Of a stretch of 64,000 bases of DNA, positions 8,091-18,738 are shown in pieces (the stretch's first letter is position 1; each line of letters opens with the position of its first letter). This DNA comes from Oceanispirochaeta sp. (GTDB lineage Bacteria > Spirochaetota > Spirochaetia > DSM-2461). The notes under the pieces were generated by a model. It ran no database searches, had not been told where the DNA came from, and saw only the letters and a list, made by a program, of their open reading frames with translations. The DNA lies in contig CAXXOA010000002.1 in the NCBI GenBank assembly GCA_963666275.2, forward strand, positions 992,001 to 1,056,000, written 5' to 3'. The position numbers and the translations under genes were made by a program.

Positions 8091-10238
8091 TTAGAATTTT
8101 ATTCCCACCACATAGCGGTAGTAGGCCTTGAAGTCCTCACTGAACAGGTTGAATGACTTTCCTGTATACAGGGATGACTGAGGTGCATGGGGATAGGTGA
8201 AATCCATAGTGACCCCCCAGAAGAGTCCTATTCCGTCCAATCCCACAAGAGCCCTGGCCGAGGGAACCGCCGTGTAATCTTTCAGCTCTGTCACATCAAG
8301 GTAACTTTGCTTCATACCGCCGTCCAGGTCCACGAAGAAGGGGCCGATATCCAGGCGGCTACCAATATGGAATCCCCAGACCATATCATCCGGATTTTCC
8401 GTGTAGTTTCCCGAGGTATTACCGAAATAGTAGAGGGTATAGAAGTAGTTGGTTCCCGACTGAAAGGCCGAATAGATCCTTTTGTCCTCCTGGTATTCAA
8501 ACCAGAAACCCAGATCCACTATGCCGTTTCTTGATAAGTTGATTAACCCCAGGGGAAGCCCGTAGATCTCCCGGGATATATTGAGAACCCCCACCTGGAG
8601 TCCCCGCATGGTTCCGGCAATGTTCAGAACCGATACCTGGGTTCCTTCTATGTAGGAACTGTAGTTATAGATCCCCGCCGCCTGGAACCCTTTGAGTTCC
8701 CCCGCCTGGTTGAATATGCCTGATGCCTGTATTCCCGTGGACGGGCGCCCGACAATATTGAAAATACCCGAGGCCTGAATTCCCGTAAAAGACTCTCTGG
8801 TGATATTGAAGACACTTCCGATCTGAATTCCGTTCATGTTCCGGGAGGTGATATTGAAAACATTACCATACTGGATTCCCTCCATATTCCCCTGAACGAT
8901 ATTGAAAAGGTTGCCGTACTGAAAGCCTCTGAAGTTGTCTCTGGTCAGGTTCCAACCATAACTCACCTGGATCCCCTCACTGGGATGGAGGGTGGTGTTC
9001 CAGCCCCAGGTGGCCTGGATTCCCGAAAGGGTGGGGGCTCTTGATCCGAGAAGGCCCAGCTGGAAGTTCACCAGGTCGTTTTCTTCAATTTCAGGATAGT
9101 CCATGCCGGGCAGGATGGAAAAGACAAAGCTCTTCTGACCCTCCGAAACTTCCCCGACTTCTCCCCGGAAACGGGTGAACTCAAAACCCCGGGCGGATTC
9201 AAAATCTTCCAGAGTCAGATAGAGCTGCGCATTCCGGGACAGGCTGACTTCTGCGGTTTTCACATCCTCTCCATCATTATAGAGGCTCTCGGAGCTGCTG
9301 AGTCTGATTGAGTAGGCTCCCGAGGGAAGAGCCATTTTGAGGGTATCCCCCTCAGGTTTGGTGAATTCCGCTATGAGTCTGTCCGTGTCATCCCGGATGG
9401 AGAAGCGGCCCCCCAGTTCGCCCGAAAGCTGCAGGGCTGAAGTGGGGACAGTCAGGTCTGTAAGGACCAGATCTCCGGTTCCTGTCAGCTGTATCTCATA
9501 GGCCGGATGCTGAGGCCCGCCGATGGTGGATTCTGTCCGGGAGAGGGTTTCCTCATAGGTGTGCTGATAGACTTCGTTCAGTGTGACTCTGCCGTCTCTG
9601 GTGTTGTCGGCAGCGCCTCTCAGTCCTGTGATCAGATAGTGGGTGAAAAAGGATCCTCCCAGAGCATCCGATTCCTGGGAGAGCTCTGTTTCCGAACTGG
9701 ATGTCAGAAAAGCATGCCCTTCCATGGAGGAGGAGTCATCCATCAGGAAGGGAGAACGGCGCTGCCCTCCTTTGGATCGTGTGAAGGCTCCGGATGAACA
9801 GGAATCCAGCACCGCAATAACCACATCGGCTCCGGAGCTGTCCAGCTGGGAGCGGATATCCTTGTAGGATATCATCCCGTCGGCCAGGAGGATTCCCGTT
9901 TCATTGGAGTGTCCTGAGTAGTAGAACATGACCTCCGACCGCCTTACCAGGCTGTCAACTTCCTTTATCTGATAGGTCAGATCCCGCAGCTCTCTGCGGA
10001 TCCCTTCTGAGGTTGGATCGAGGAGCAGACGGCTGTCCTCGTAACTGATTCCTCCGATCTGACGCATGGTTCTGGCCATGGCGCTGGCATCATCATCGGC
10101 ATAGAGAAGAGTCTGCCTGGCATCTCCTCCGTTATTGGCTCCGATAAAGAGTCCGAACCGGCGAATCTCCAGGGCATCCGCGCTCAGAAGAGTACTGCCC
10201 AGGGCTATAAAAATCAGGATAAGCGCTGTTTTTTTCAC
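8091..10238 (-). CDS. Secreted caspase-family (peptidase C14) protein with ~15-aa repeats
   Basis: Signal peptide; FYYSGHS and VLDSCSSG His/Cys dyad; SQES..GGSFFT; GxQxxxxxN repeats; aromatic C-terminus VGIKF. Confidence 0.85.
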   Translation of the reverse strand: MKKTALILIFIALGSTLLSADALEIRRFGLFIGANNGGDARQTLLYADDDASAMARTMRQIGGISYEDSRLLLDPTSEGIRRELRDLTYQIKEVDSLVRRSEVMFYYSGHSNETGILLADGMISYKDIRSQLDSSGADVVIAVLDSCSSGAFTRSKGGQRRSPFLMDDSSSMEGHAFLTSSSETELSQESDALGGSFFTHYLITGLRGAADNTRDGRVTLNEVYQHTYEETLSRTESTIGGPQHPAYEIQLTGTGDLVLTDLTVPTSALQLSGELGGRFSIRDDTDRLIAEFTKPEGDTLKMALPSGAYSIRLSSSESLYNDGEDVKTAEVSLSRNAQLYLTLEDFESARGFEFTRFRGEVGEVSEGQKSFVFSILPGMDYPEIEENDLVNFQLGLLGSRAPTLSGIQATWGWNTTLHPSEGIQVSYGWNLTRDNFRGFQYGNLFNIVQGNMEGIQYGNVFNITSRNMNGIQIGSVFNITRESFTGIQASGIFNIVGRPSTGIQASGIFNQAGELKGFQAAGIYNYSSYIEGTQVSVLNIAGTMRGLQVGVLNISREIYGLPLGLINLSRNGIVDLGFWFEYQEDKRIYSAFQSGTNYFYTLYYFGNTSGNYTENPDDMVWGFHIGSRLDIGPFFVDLDGGMKQSYLDVTELKDYTAVPSARALVGLDGIGLFWGVTMDFTYPHAPQSSLYTGKSFNLFSEDFKAYYRYVVGIKF

Positions 10239-11048
10239 TTAATGGTCCTCTTTCAGGATCGGGACGGCATACTGATGGATTGTACCAATTGCCGATGTAT
10301 CCAGTTTTTCCTTCTTCAGGAGACCGGGGATATCCAGGAGAATGTTCTGATCCCTGGCCTCTCCGGCTATCAGGTCAATGATCGGAGCCACAGGAAAAGC
10401 CTTGTCTGAAGTGATCAGATAGAAGGTCTCATAGGCAGGGGCATCATCCAGTTCATACGAGAAGGGAAGCAGCTGCTGCCCTCCGGTTTTCAGGGGCACC
10501 GCGGTTTCGGATTCTTCGGGGAGATGGCGGGTTACAACGCCTCGGCCGTCTACCGAAATGATCATTCCGTATACGGGAGCTGTTACCTGATAGGCCAGCT
10601 GGATAAGATCCGATTCTTCGGCGGAATCATAGAGTTCCAGTACTTCCGATTTTCCCTGAATCTCCCTGTAGACCTTCAGATCCGGTTCTCCCAGGCCTTT
10701 GATCCTTGTTATCTCATTGTCAGGGGTCCTGTCATTGACCGAGAAGAGGAAGGGGATAAACAGACCGAAAAGGACCATGGCCGCCGCGGGAATCAGATAG
10801 GGCAGGCGGGACTTCCTCGAGGGGAAAGAGGTCTCGTTCCCTCTATCAGTCTCTTCCTTCCCTTCCATTTTCGCCTTTATAGCGGCCGCCATATCTTCCG
10901 GTTTGTAGGCGGCAAGGATCTCTCTGTTGGACCGGGCTATTTCATCCATCTCCCGGGAGAGTTCTTCCCTGTCCAGGCCCTCTTCCCAGGACGGAGGGAG
11001 TTCTCCCAGAAAGTATTTTTCCGCTTTTACGGTAGGATCTTTTTTCAT
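10239..11048 (-). CDS. Putative anti-sigma factor: one TM helix plus DUF4384-like periplasmic domain
   Basis: EKYFLGELP N-terminus, TM segment, RIKG motif, ISVDGRG..LP.SYELDDAP..ETF; follows an ECF sigma. Confidence 0.7.
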   Translation of the reverse strand: MKKDPTVKAEKYFLGELPPSWEEGLDREELSREMDEIARSNREILAAYKPEDMAAAIKAKMEGKEETDRGNETSFPSRKSRLPYLIPAAAMVLFGLFIPFLFSVNDRTPDNEITRIKGLGEPDLKVYREIQGKSEVLELYDSAEESDLIQLAYQVTAPVYGMIISVDGRGVVTRHLPEESETAVPLKTGGQQLLPFSYELDDAPAYETFYLITSDKAFPVAPIIDLIAGEARDQNILLDIPGLLKKEKLDTSAIGTIHQYAVPILKEDH

Positions 11049-11524
11049 AATTCTCTCCCTTCCAGGCTTAACCCTGCTTCCCGAAGTTTTCTGAGCCGCC
11101 GTCTGACCCCGGATACGGACATTCCCGCCATTTCCGCTGTCTCTTCCAGTGTCAGACCATCCATATAGTGCAGCACCGCGATGGTCCTTGTTGAAGGTTT
11201 CTGTTCCATAAAAAGCTGGTCCAGAAAAATCCTGTTCACCGCCTGATCCTCCACCCGGTCGGAGCTGACGATCCTTTCCAGTATTTCATTGTCCGCAGAG
11301 CTCCGGTTCTCTTTCCGCATTACATTCAGACAATGGTTGGTGGCAATCGTATAGAGCAGACTGGAGGGGTATGTGTCTTTCAGGCTTTTCTTCTTGTTCA
11401 GTACTTTGACAAATACATCCTGCATCGCGTCCAGTGCCATTTCCTCATCTTTCAGAAGCTGCCGACAGCGTCTGAGAACCATCGGTCCGTATTTGGTATA
11501 TAAACTTTCAATATCAACAGCCAG
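11045..11524 (-). CDS. ECF RNA polymerase sigma factor
   Basis: Region 2 (LYTKYGPMVLRRC..DAMQDVF, IATNHCLN) and region 4 (GLTLEETA..GMSVSGV); in-frame extension to CTG 11524 behind AAGGGGG. Confidence 0.9.
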   Translation of the reverse strand: MAVDIESLYTKYGPMVLRRCRQLLKDEEMALDAMQDVFVKVLNKKKSLKDTYPSSLLYTIATNHCLNVMRKENRSSADNEILERIVSSDRVEDQAVNRIFLDQLFMEQKPSTRTIAVLHYMDGLTLEETAEMAGMSVSGVRRRLRKLREAGLSLEGREL

Positions 11525-11535
11525 ACCCTGCCCCC

Positions 11536-12147
11536 TTAGTACTCTTTGAAATAGCGATCGTAATACCTGCGTCTGTGCCGGTCTTCTCCTCCCAGCCTTA
11601 CACCTGCGGAAAGGGAAGCCTGCCAGCGGGAGACCACCAGAGGAGAGATTCCCGCGGCAGGGATAGCACTGTTGTCTATCCGGTATACCAGACGGGATCC
11701 CAGAAAAAATCCATCCTGAAGCAGAAGATTCACTCCGGCTCCTGCAGCAGGGACCAGGGAAAGATGAAGCTCCCGGTCTGAAGTCATACCAGTTTTTCCG
11801 AAGTTTCCATATGACCCTTCCAGATAGGGATCCAGTAAACAGCTATTCCCAAATAGATGATACCTTATAAAGATTTGACCTTGCCAGTTAAAATACCACT
11901 GGTTTTCTTCAGTTTCCTCAAAATCGATCAAACCGCTCATACCGAATCCCAGATACTCCTGCTTCATTTCAATATCCATACCCCGGAGACTCATCTCATC
12001 CTGGCGGATATCTTTCAAATGGTCTTTTTTCTCATCCCATTCCCAGGTGAAAACAGCGGAAATCCGGGTTTCCTCCAGAGCTGTTAAACCCATGGCAGGG
12101 CCGGTCAGTAGAATTATAAGAACGGTTAAGTTTCTGACGGATCTCAC
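11536..12147 (-). CDS. Outer-membrane beta-barrel-like protein, first gene of the ECF operon
   Basis: GTG 12147 with GGAGGG SD downstream of the MCP terminator; signal peptide; amphipathic strands (LDPYLEG, GAGVNL). Confidence 0.6.
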   Translation of the reverse strand: MRSVRNLTVLIILLTGPAMGLTALEETRISAVFTWEWDEKKDHLKDIRQDEMSLRGMDIEMKQEYLGFGMSGLIDFEETEENQWYFNWQGQIFIRYHLFGNSCLLDPYLEGSYGNFGKTGMTSDRELHLSLVPAAGAGVNLLLQDGFFLGSRLVYRIDNSAIPAAGISPLVVSRWQASLSAGVRLGGEDRHRRRYYDRYFKEY

Positions 12148-12210
12148 TTTTTCAGCCCTCCGGTCTGTTCTACTAGATAAAACAACCAGAGCGGTGATTT
12201 CTGTCACTCT

Positions 12211-12247
12211 AAAAAAATAAAAAAGCCGGTTTCCAGTCAACCGGCTT
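12211..12247 (-). terminator. Rho-independent terminator of the MCP gene
   Basis: AAGCCGGTT-loop-AACCGGCTT hairpin followed by a U-tract on the minus strand. Confidence 0.75.
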
Positions 12248-12273
12248 CTCTCAGGATCCAATACGTCGGGAGT

Positions 12274-13878
12274 TTAAGAGGTTTTTTCCGGAATCAGAGA
12301 GACTTCTTCCGAAGGATTCACCTCCCCGCTGCTCAGATGAAAATAGTTGACAGTATCAAACAGGACCTCTGACTGATGCTGCAGTTCCTGGGACATATTC
12401 ATTATTTTTTCACTGGACAGGGCATTGCCCTGGATCACACTGTCCATCTCCAGCATGGCCGAATTGACCTGTTCGGCTCCTTTGAACTGCTCCGCACTGG
12501 CACTGTATATCTCCTCGAGCATTTCCGAGGATTCCTTGATTCTCGGCACCATCGAGTTGATCAGGTCGCCGGATTCTTCGGCCGCTCTCAGGCTGGAATC
12601 GGCTATCAGGGTTATCTCTTTTGCCGCGGTCTGACTGCTCTCCGCCAGTTTTTTCACTTCCGTTGCTACAACGGCAAATCCTTTTCCTGTTTCTCCCGCT
12701 CTGGCAGCTTCAATAGCGGCATTCAGAGCCAGCATATTGGTATTCCGTGCAATTTCATCGATGATTGATATTTTCTCTGTAATCACTTTCATGGCTTCAA
12801 CCGTCCCCATAACGGACTTTCCACCGGTAATAGCATCTTCCGATGCCTTTTTGGTGATGGTATCTGAATTTTTGGCGTTTTCCGTGGTCAGCTGAATATT
12901 GGAGACAAGCTGTTCCATGGAGGCGGAAATCTCCTGGGCTCCCGCTGCCTGCTGACTGGCGCCTTCAGACACCTGCCGGGTGGAGTCGCTTATGCGTGTG
13001 GACTCCCTGGCAATCAGAGTCGCCGAGTTCTGGATGGAACGGATGACATTCTGAAGCTGCTGGATCATTTTGTTGAATGAGTCTGCCAGCTGTCCCGTTT
13101 CATCTCCGCTGATACTGGCAATCATAACATCCAGATTGCCTTCCGCCACTTCTATGGCATCTCTTGTTATAGCCACTATGGGGCCGGCGATTTTTCTTCC
13201 TATCAGAATAGCTGTCAGGGTTGCCGCAATCAGGAGAACCAGGGCAATGGCAAGCAGAATCATAGTACTGCTCTGGATAGAAGATTGAACAAACTCCCTG
13301 CTGTGCTGGACGATCCTGTCAATATCATCCGTATAGTTGCCCGTTCCCAATACCCAGCCGAATGGTTCATAAAGGATTGTGTAGGATCTTTTGGGTGAGG
13401 CTTCTGCGGCTCCCGGACGGGGAAACCAGTAGTCTGTGAAGCCGCCGGCTGCTCCCAGTCTGTTGAACTCCTGAATGAATTTTTTCCCCCGGGCATCAAC
13501 GGCATCCCAGCGGTTTTTTCCCTCCTGTTCGTTTCCCAGAAAAACAACGGTAGTTCCGTCTTCCGTATCCGCCCAGAAATATCCGTCTTCTCCATAGCGG
13601 AGGTTCCTAAGAAAATCCGCCGCCAGTTCCTGAGCCTCTTCGGGAGAGACTGTTCCTCTTTCGGAAAGACTGGTGAACGAGTCCAGCATGGAGACGGCTT
13701 CTTCCACCAGATTTTTTGACATCCTGTCAAAATCGCTGCGCAGTTCCCGTTCCATTTCACTGAGATTCTGGTTTCCTATCCTCTTGATGGTAAGAATGGA
13801 GAACATTGTTATCGCTGCTGTCAGTACTGTCAGGGAAAAGAAAACAAGGAGGGCAATTTTATTCTGAATTTTTTTCAT
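12274..13878 (-). CDS. Methyl-accepting chemotaxis protein (Cache, HAMP, MCP signal)
   Basis: [26 protein letters not shown]; two TM helices; YFWAD/YWFPRP Cache motifs. Confidence 0.95.
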   Translation of the reverse strand: MKKIQNKIALLVFFSLTVLTAAITMFSILTIKRIGNQNLSEMERELRSDFDRMSKNLVEEAVSMLDSFTSLSERGTVSPEEAQELAADFLRNLRYGEDGYFWADTEDGTTVVFLGNEQEGKNRWDAVDARGKKFIQEFNRLGAAGGFTDYWFPRPGAAEASPKRSYTILYEPFGWVLGTGNYTDDIDRIVQHSREFVQSSIQSSTMILLAIALVLLIAATLTAILIGRKIAGPIVAITRDAIEVAEGNLDVMIASISGDETGQLADSFNKMIQQLQNVIRSIQNSATLIARESTRISDSTRQVSEGASQQAAGAQEISASMEQLVSNIQLTTENAKNSDTITKKASEDAITGGKSVMGTVEAMKVITEKISIIDEIARNTNMLALNAAIEAARAGETGKGFAVVATEVKKLAESSQTAAKEITLIADSSLRAAEESGDLINSMVPRIKESSEMLEEIYSASAEQFKGAEQVNSAMLEMDSVIQGNALSSEKIMNMSQELQHQSEVLFDTVNYFHLSSGEVNPSEEVSLIPEKTS

Positions 13879-13998
13879 ATAGATCTCCTACGAGACATTC
13901 TGTACAAGAAAGTCTAATAGGAGTTCTTTTCCGACACTAAAGGGCTTTTATAGTCTTTCTGTGTCAATTTTGTGAATAATTGTCAGTGAAAAAAGAAC

Positions 13999-14529
13999 CT
14001 ATTCCTGGGGAATCACTTTTCCAATATAGGGAAGGTTTCTGTGTTTCTGGGCATAATCAATGCCATAACCCACAATGAATACATCAGGAATTGTGAATCC
14101 CACATAGTCAACGTGAACCTCCACCTCCCGCCGGTCGGGCTTATCCAGGAGTGTGCAGATTTTCAGTGAGGCCGGGTTTCTCAGTTCCAGAATCTCTTTG
14201 ACTTTCTGCAGGGTATAGCCCGTGTCAATGATATCTTCCACAATGATCACATGCCTGCCGTGAATCTCCTCTTCCAGGTCCTTGTTGATATGGACATCTC
14301 TGGAGGAATCCATGGAATTCCCGTAGCTGGAAACAACCATGAAATCAAATCTGGCATCAAGATCTATGTGACGGGCCAGATCTGCCAGGAATACGGTGGA
14401 TCCTCTGAGAAGGCCGACAAGAAGAATCTCTTCGGCATGGGCATACTCTTTTTCGATAACTTTACCCATCTCTCTGACCTTGTCTGCCAGGGTGGCCGTA
14501 TCAATCATTTTCTCAATTGTGTATTTCAT
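13999..14529 (-). CDS. hpt: Hypoxanthine phosphoribosyltransferase
   Basis: [17 protein letters not shown] motif; [17 protein letters not shown]. Confidence 0.95.
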   Translation of the reverse strand: MKYTIEKMIDTATLADKVREMGKVIEKEYAHAEEILLVGLLRGSTVFLADLARHIDLDARFDFMVVSSYGNSMDSSRDVHINKDLEEEIHGRHVIIVEDIIDTGYTLQKVKEILELRNPASLKICTLLDKPDRREVEVHVDYVGFTIPDVFIVGYGIDYAQKHRNLPYIGKVIPQE

Positions 14530-14812
14530 AGCTGTATTTTCCCCGAGGTCCCGGGAAGTGTCAACTCATAAAAGGGCAGACTCCCATCCTGTCGCCTCTC
14601 CTTTTCTGATAATATTCTTTAGCGGGTCCAGGTTCGCCAATTGTGTCCTTAAAATGAGGAGAGGGACTTTTTTACGGCTGTTTTGTGAGGGATCAATGAA
14701 TCCCTATGTAATTATTGTGTAGTTTGGGGGCCTTCGATTGCAAATCTGTTTTTCCCGTAGATATGATTGAATAAGCAGGGAATTCAACATTTTTTAAAAG
14801 AAGGAACAGAAT

Positions 14813-16525
14813 ATGAAAAAGATACATTTGAGGATATTAAGTTTAATACTGATGATTCTCGTTTTATTCGGGGCCGTTATGGGGTCCTTCTCTGTGTTCA
14901 TGCTGAGCAGAATCGGAGAGCAGGATATTGAAACTCTTGAACAGGCCCTGAGGGACGATTTTGACCGGCTGTCCCAATGGCAGGTAGAGTCGGCGATTTC
15001 CATGATCGAGTATGCCTACAGCAAAAAGGATCAGATCGGTCTGGAAGCGGCGGTGGAAGAGGCAAAAGAGTATGTGAGAAGCCTTTCCTATGGAGATAGC
15101 GGATATATTTTTGTCTACGGAAGCGATGGAGAGACTATTGTGCTTCTGGGGTCTGATGCGGAGGGGACCAACCGCTGGGATCTACAGGATGCTAATGGGA
15201 ATTATATAATCCGGGATATCGTGGAAGCAGCCAAAAACGGAACAGGATTCACAACCTATTACTATCCCAAACCGGGAGAGACCGAAGCGCTCCCCAAACG
15301 GGCATACAATGCCTATTTTGCCCCGCTGGACTGGAGTGTCGGTACCGGGAACTATGTAGATGACATCGATACCATTATTGTAAGTGAAGAGCAGCGTATA
15401 CGGGATAATATAAGGAATGTGGTCATTATGATTATCTTCCTGGATCTTATCCTCTTTGTTCTGGGGGCAGCATTTGCCTGGTATCTGGGAAAGAAGATTT
15501 CCCGGCCCATAGAGTATCTCTCTCAGGAAGCTATGAAAGTGGCTTCGGGAGATCTGATGGTCAGTATGGAAGTCACTTCAAAAGATGAAGTGGGAACTCT
15601 GGCCGATGCGTTCAATCAGATGGTGGGCCGTCTCCATTCCACTGTGGACGGGATAATCAGGGTGTCCAGGCAAATACATAACAGTGCCGTCGAAGTCGCC
15701 AATGCCTCCCAGCAGGTGGCGACCGGAGCCAGCGAACAGGCTTCCAGTGCCGAGGAAATCTCTTCATCCATGGAAGAGCTGTCTGCCAATATTCAGCAGA
15801 ATACGGAAAACTCCCGGACATCCAACAGTATTGTCAAAAAGGCCGCAGAGGATGGAGATTCAGGAGGTGCAGCCGTTGAAGAGACTGTTCAGTCCATGAA
15901 GTTTATCTCTGAAAAAATAAGTATTATCGAAGAGATCGCCAGAAATACGAATCTGCTGGCCCTTAATGCCGCTATTGAAGCCGCCCGGGCAGGAGAAGCC
16001 GGGAAGGGCTTTGCCGTTGTCGCTTCGGAGGTCCGGAAACTGGCCGAGAACAGTCAGAAGGCGGCGAATGATATCACCCATGTTTCTTCAGAAAGTGTGA
16101 AAAAAGCGGATATGACCAGGGAACTGATGCAGAATCTGGTTCCCAATATCAAAAAATCGGCAGACCTGGTGGAAGAGATCATGGAGGCCAGTATTGAACA
16201 GGCCAATGGAGCGGATCAGATTAACACGGCCCTTCTGCAGATGGATAAGGTCATTCAGGATAATGCCTCGTCCAGTGAGCAGATTGCAGCCATGTCTGAG
16301 GAGCTGAAAAACAAATCGGACCAACTGGCGGAGATGGTAAGTTTCTTCCGTATTGATCAATCAGAGGATTCAGGTACTATAAAAAGAGGGGCTGTCAAAA
16401 AGACAAAAAAGACAGAAAGCCCCAAGCAGAAACCCCAGGTGGCTCTGCCCGAGTCCGTTGAGGTTCTGGAACCCTCTTATATCTCCAGGGAGGAACATGA
16501 TGAAGACGATTTTATGGAATTCTGA
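14813..16525 (+). CDS. Methyl-accepting chemotaxis protein (Cache, HAMP, MCP signal)
   Basis: [27 protein letters not shown]-terminal DFMEF pentapeptide-like tether. Confidence 0.95.
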   Translation: MKKIHLRILSLILMILVLFGAVMGSFSVFMLSRIGEQDIETLEQALRDDFDRLSQWQVESAISMIEYAYSKKDQIGLEAAVEEAKEYVRSLSYGDSGYIFVYGSDGETIVLLGSDAEGTNRWDLQDANGNYIIRDIVEAAKNGTGFTTYYYPKPGETEALPKRAYNAYFAPLDWSVGTGNYVDDIDTIIVSEEQRIRDNIRNVVIMIIFLDLILFVLGAAFAWYLGKKISRPIEYLSQEAMKVASGDLMVSMEVTSKDEVGTLADAFNQMVGRLHSTVDGIIRVSRQIHNSAVEVANASQQVATGASEQASSAEEISSSMEELSANIQQNTENSRTSNSIVKKAAEDGDSGGAAVEETVQSMKFISEKISIIEEIARNTNLLALNAAIEAARAGEAGKGFAVVASEVRKLAENSQKAANDITHVSSESVKKADMTRELMQNLVPNIKKSADLVEEIMEASIEQANGADQINTALLQMDKVIQDNASSSEQIAAMSEELKNKSDQLAEMVSFFRIDQSEDSGTIKRGAVKKTKKTESPKQKPQVALPESVEVLEPSYISREEHDEDDFMEF

Positions 16526-16528
16526 TAA

Positions 16529-17020
16529 TTGAGAGCCTCAGTTTACTTTCTGCTGGCTTTTGTTTTTCTCCCCTTTGTTCTGTCAGCCCAGTCCCGGGAT
16601 CTTCTGATCCTGGGATCAGTGGAAATGGTGACCCTCACTCCCCCGGGGGAGACGGTTCCCGCCCGAATTGATACGGGAGCCGCAGTTTCGTCCCTCTCGG
16701 CATATCAGGTCGAGGAATTCCTCAGGGACGGACGGATGTGGGTTCGGTTCAGGACCTCTTTCTCAGAGGAGCAGACTCATTCGTGGGAGCTGCCCGTGAA
16801 AAGGACTCTCCTGGTTCGGCAGGGCAGCCGTGAAGAGCTGCAGCATCGGTATATTGTTGAGATTCAGATACAGCTGGGTGAGATGACTCTCTCAGAGGAG
16901 TTCTCTCTGGCCGACCGACGAGGGATGGCATATCCTGTTCTTATTGGCCGGAACATTCTTGAAGGGAAGGCTCTTGTGGATGTGTCTGGAGAGTTTTTTG
17001 TTTCTCCTCCTGATAGATAG
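16529..17020 (+). CDS. Retropepsin-like protease (RimK/LysX-associated family), exported
   Basis: ARIDTGA, FSLADR..M.YPVLIGRN; signal peptide. Confidence 0.85.
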   Translation: MRASVYFLLAFVFLPFVLSAQSRDLLILGSVEMVTLTPPGETVPARIDTGAAVSSLSAYQVEEFLRDGRMWVRFRTSFSEEQTHSWELPVKRTLLVRQGSREELQHRYIVEIQIQLGEMTLSEEFSLADRRGMAYPVLIGRNILEGKALVDVSGEFFVSPPDR

Positions 17021-17073
17021 ATTCTGAAACGGGACATATAAGGACCCCTACCATTACAGGAAATTGAAAAAGG

Positions 17074-17105
17074 AAAAGCCTGACTCTTTAAAAAGTCAGG
17101 CTTTT
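17074..17105. terminator. Bidirectional terminator between convergent genes
   Basis: AAAAGCCTGACT-loop-AGTCAGGCTTTT. Confidence 0.85.
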
Positions 17106-17132
17106 GAATTTATAAAGGAGTGCTGAAGAGAC

Positions 17133-18530
17133 TTAGACCATATCTTTCATGGGGTCATCAATCTTCTGATCTTTGTAGCTTCTGGGAAGAACAATATTCA
17201 GAAAAATCGCTGTCAGACCACCTGTCGTGATGGCAGAACCGAATACACCTTTGAAGAAAGGAGTAAAATGGTTCAGAATCTCAGGAACAAAGACAACTCC
17301 CAGGCCCAGGCCGAATGACAGGGCCATGATGATCACACCTCTGCGGTCGATGATACTGGAGGCAATGATTCTGATACCAGAAGCGGCGACTGTACCGAAC
17401 ATGATCAGAGTGGCTCCGCCCAGGACAGAGTTGGGGATGATCGAGAAAAGTCCTCCGATAATGGGGAAAAGGCCGAAAAGAACAAGGAGTCCCGAGATCC
17501 AGTAGCCAACGTAGCGGCTGGCAACGCCGGTCATCTGAATGACCCCGTTGTTCTGGCTGAAGGTTGTGTTGGGAAAGGAGTTGAAAATCGCCGCCAGGGC
17601 AGAGTTTATTCCATCTCCCAGAACCCCGCCGGAAATCCGTTTCACATACACATCCCCCTCAACAGGTTCTCCGGAGATCATGGATGTAGCTGTTAAATCC
17701 CCGATAGACTCAACAGTGGTAATCAGGAAAAGGAGCATCATGGGGATCAGATGCGGCCAGGAGACGGCAAAACCATAGCGGAAGGGGATCGGGGCTGTAA
17801 TAATCTTCAGAGAGGAAATCCGTGAAAAATTGACCTGACCGAGGAAGGCGGCCACAATATAACCGAGAACCAGACCGAAAACAATGGCGCCCATTCTGAG
17901 CCATTTATTTTTGCTTCTGTTGAAAATGATAATGGTAATGAGAACAATGCCCGCCAGCATCAGGTTGGTGGGGTTTGCAAAAAGATCCGGTTTGTTTGCC
18001 AGAAGCCAGGCGCCTCCGCCCACATCGGTGAGTCCCACTTTAATCAGGGAGAGACCGATACAGGTGACAACAATACCGCTGACAAGTGGAGTAATAATTT
18101 TTTTAAGCAGAGGGATGAAACGGCTGAAGATCATTTCCACAGGGGAGGCAATCAGACAGGTTCCGAAAATGGCAGCCAGCATAGCCTGTTCGCTACCGCC
18201 TGCATTCTTCACAGCAAAGCCGATACCGATACATACAGAGAGGAAGGTGAAGCTTGTTCCCTGAATACTGAGAAGACCGGACCCTACAGGACCGAATTTT
18301 CTGACCTGGATAAAAGTGGCAATACCTGAAACGAAAAGGGACATGCTGACCAGATAGGATGAAAGTTCCGGGCTGAATCCGAGCGCTCCGCTGATGACAA
18401 TCGCAGGGGTTACGATCCCGATGAAAATTGCCATCATGTGCTGGAGAGCCGCAAAAAAAGCCTTACCGGCAGAAGGTTTGTCTTCCAGTCTGAAAATCAG
18501 ATCTGTTTTTAGCTGTTGAGCATCACTCAT
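17133..18530 (-). CDS. NCS2 xanthine/uracil permease
   Basis: ALQH, NAT signature FSQNNGVIQMTG, many TM helices. Confidence 0.92.
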   Translation of the reverse strand: MSDAQQLKTDLIFRLEDKPSAGKAFFAALQHMMAIFIGIVTPAIVISGALGFSPELSSYLVSMSLFVSGIATFIQVRKFGPVGSGLLSIQGTSFTFLSVCIGIGFAVKNAGGSEQAMLAAIFGTCLIASPVEMIFSRFIPLLKKIITPLVSGIVVTCIGLSLIKVGLTDVGGGAWLLANKPDLFANPTNLMLAGIVLITIIIFNRSKNKWLRMGAIVFGLVLGYIVAAFLGQVNFSRISSLKIITAPIPFRYGFAVSWPHLIPMMLLFLITTVESIGDLTATSMISGEPVEGDVYVKRISGGVLGDGINSALAAIFNSFPNTTFSQNNGVIQMTGVASRYVGYWISGLLVLFGLFPIIGGLFSIIPNSVLGGATLIMFGTVAASGIRIIASSIIDRRGVIIMALSFGLGLGVVFVPEILNHFTPFFKGVFGSAITTGGLTAIFLNIVLPRSYKDQKIDDPMKDMV

Positions 18531-18680
18531 GGACGCCTCCTTTTAGGGGGAATGAAAGTATTGCCTTTATTGTAAGGGGCAAATTTCAGTTCTTGAAAGG
18601 ATTTTCTTCAGTTTTTTGACTAATTGGTCAATTAATAGTGTTGAAATGGTAGATAAGAGAGAAATGGGAAGCGGGTTTAT

Positions 18681-18713
18681 AAAAAAACCCGCGATCCTGG
18701 AAGGATGCGGGTT
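18681..18713 (-). terminator. Terminator after leuD
   Basis: AACCCGCATCC-loop-GGATCGCGGGTT followed by a U-run on the minus strand. Confidence 0.75.
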
Positions 18714-18738
18714 CAATGACTGTGATTCGACAGAAGAA

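Noticed and set aside
18531..18680. Purine riboswitch upstream of the NCS2 permease
   Set aside because: No purine aptamer consensus or three-stem junction is recognisable
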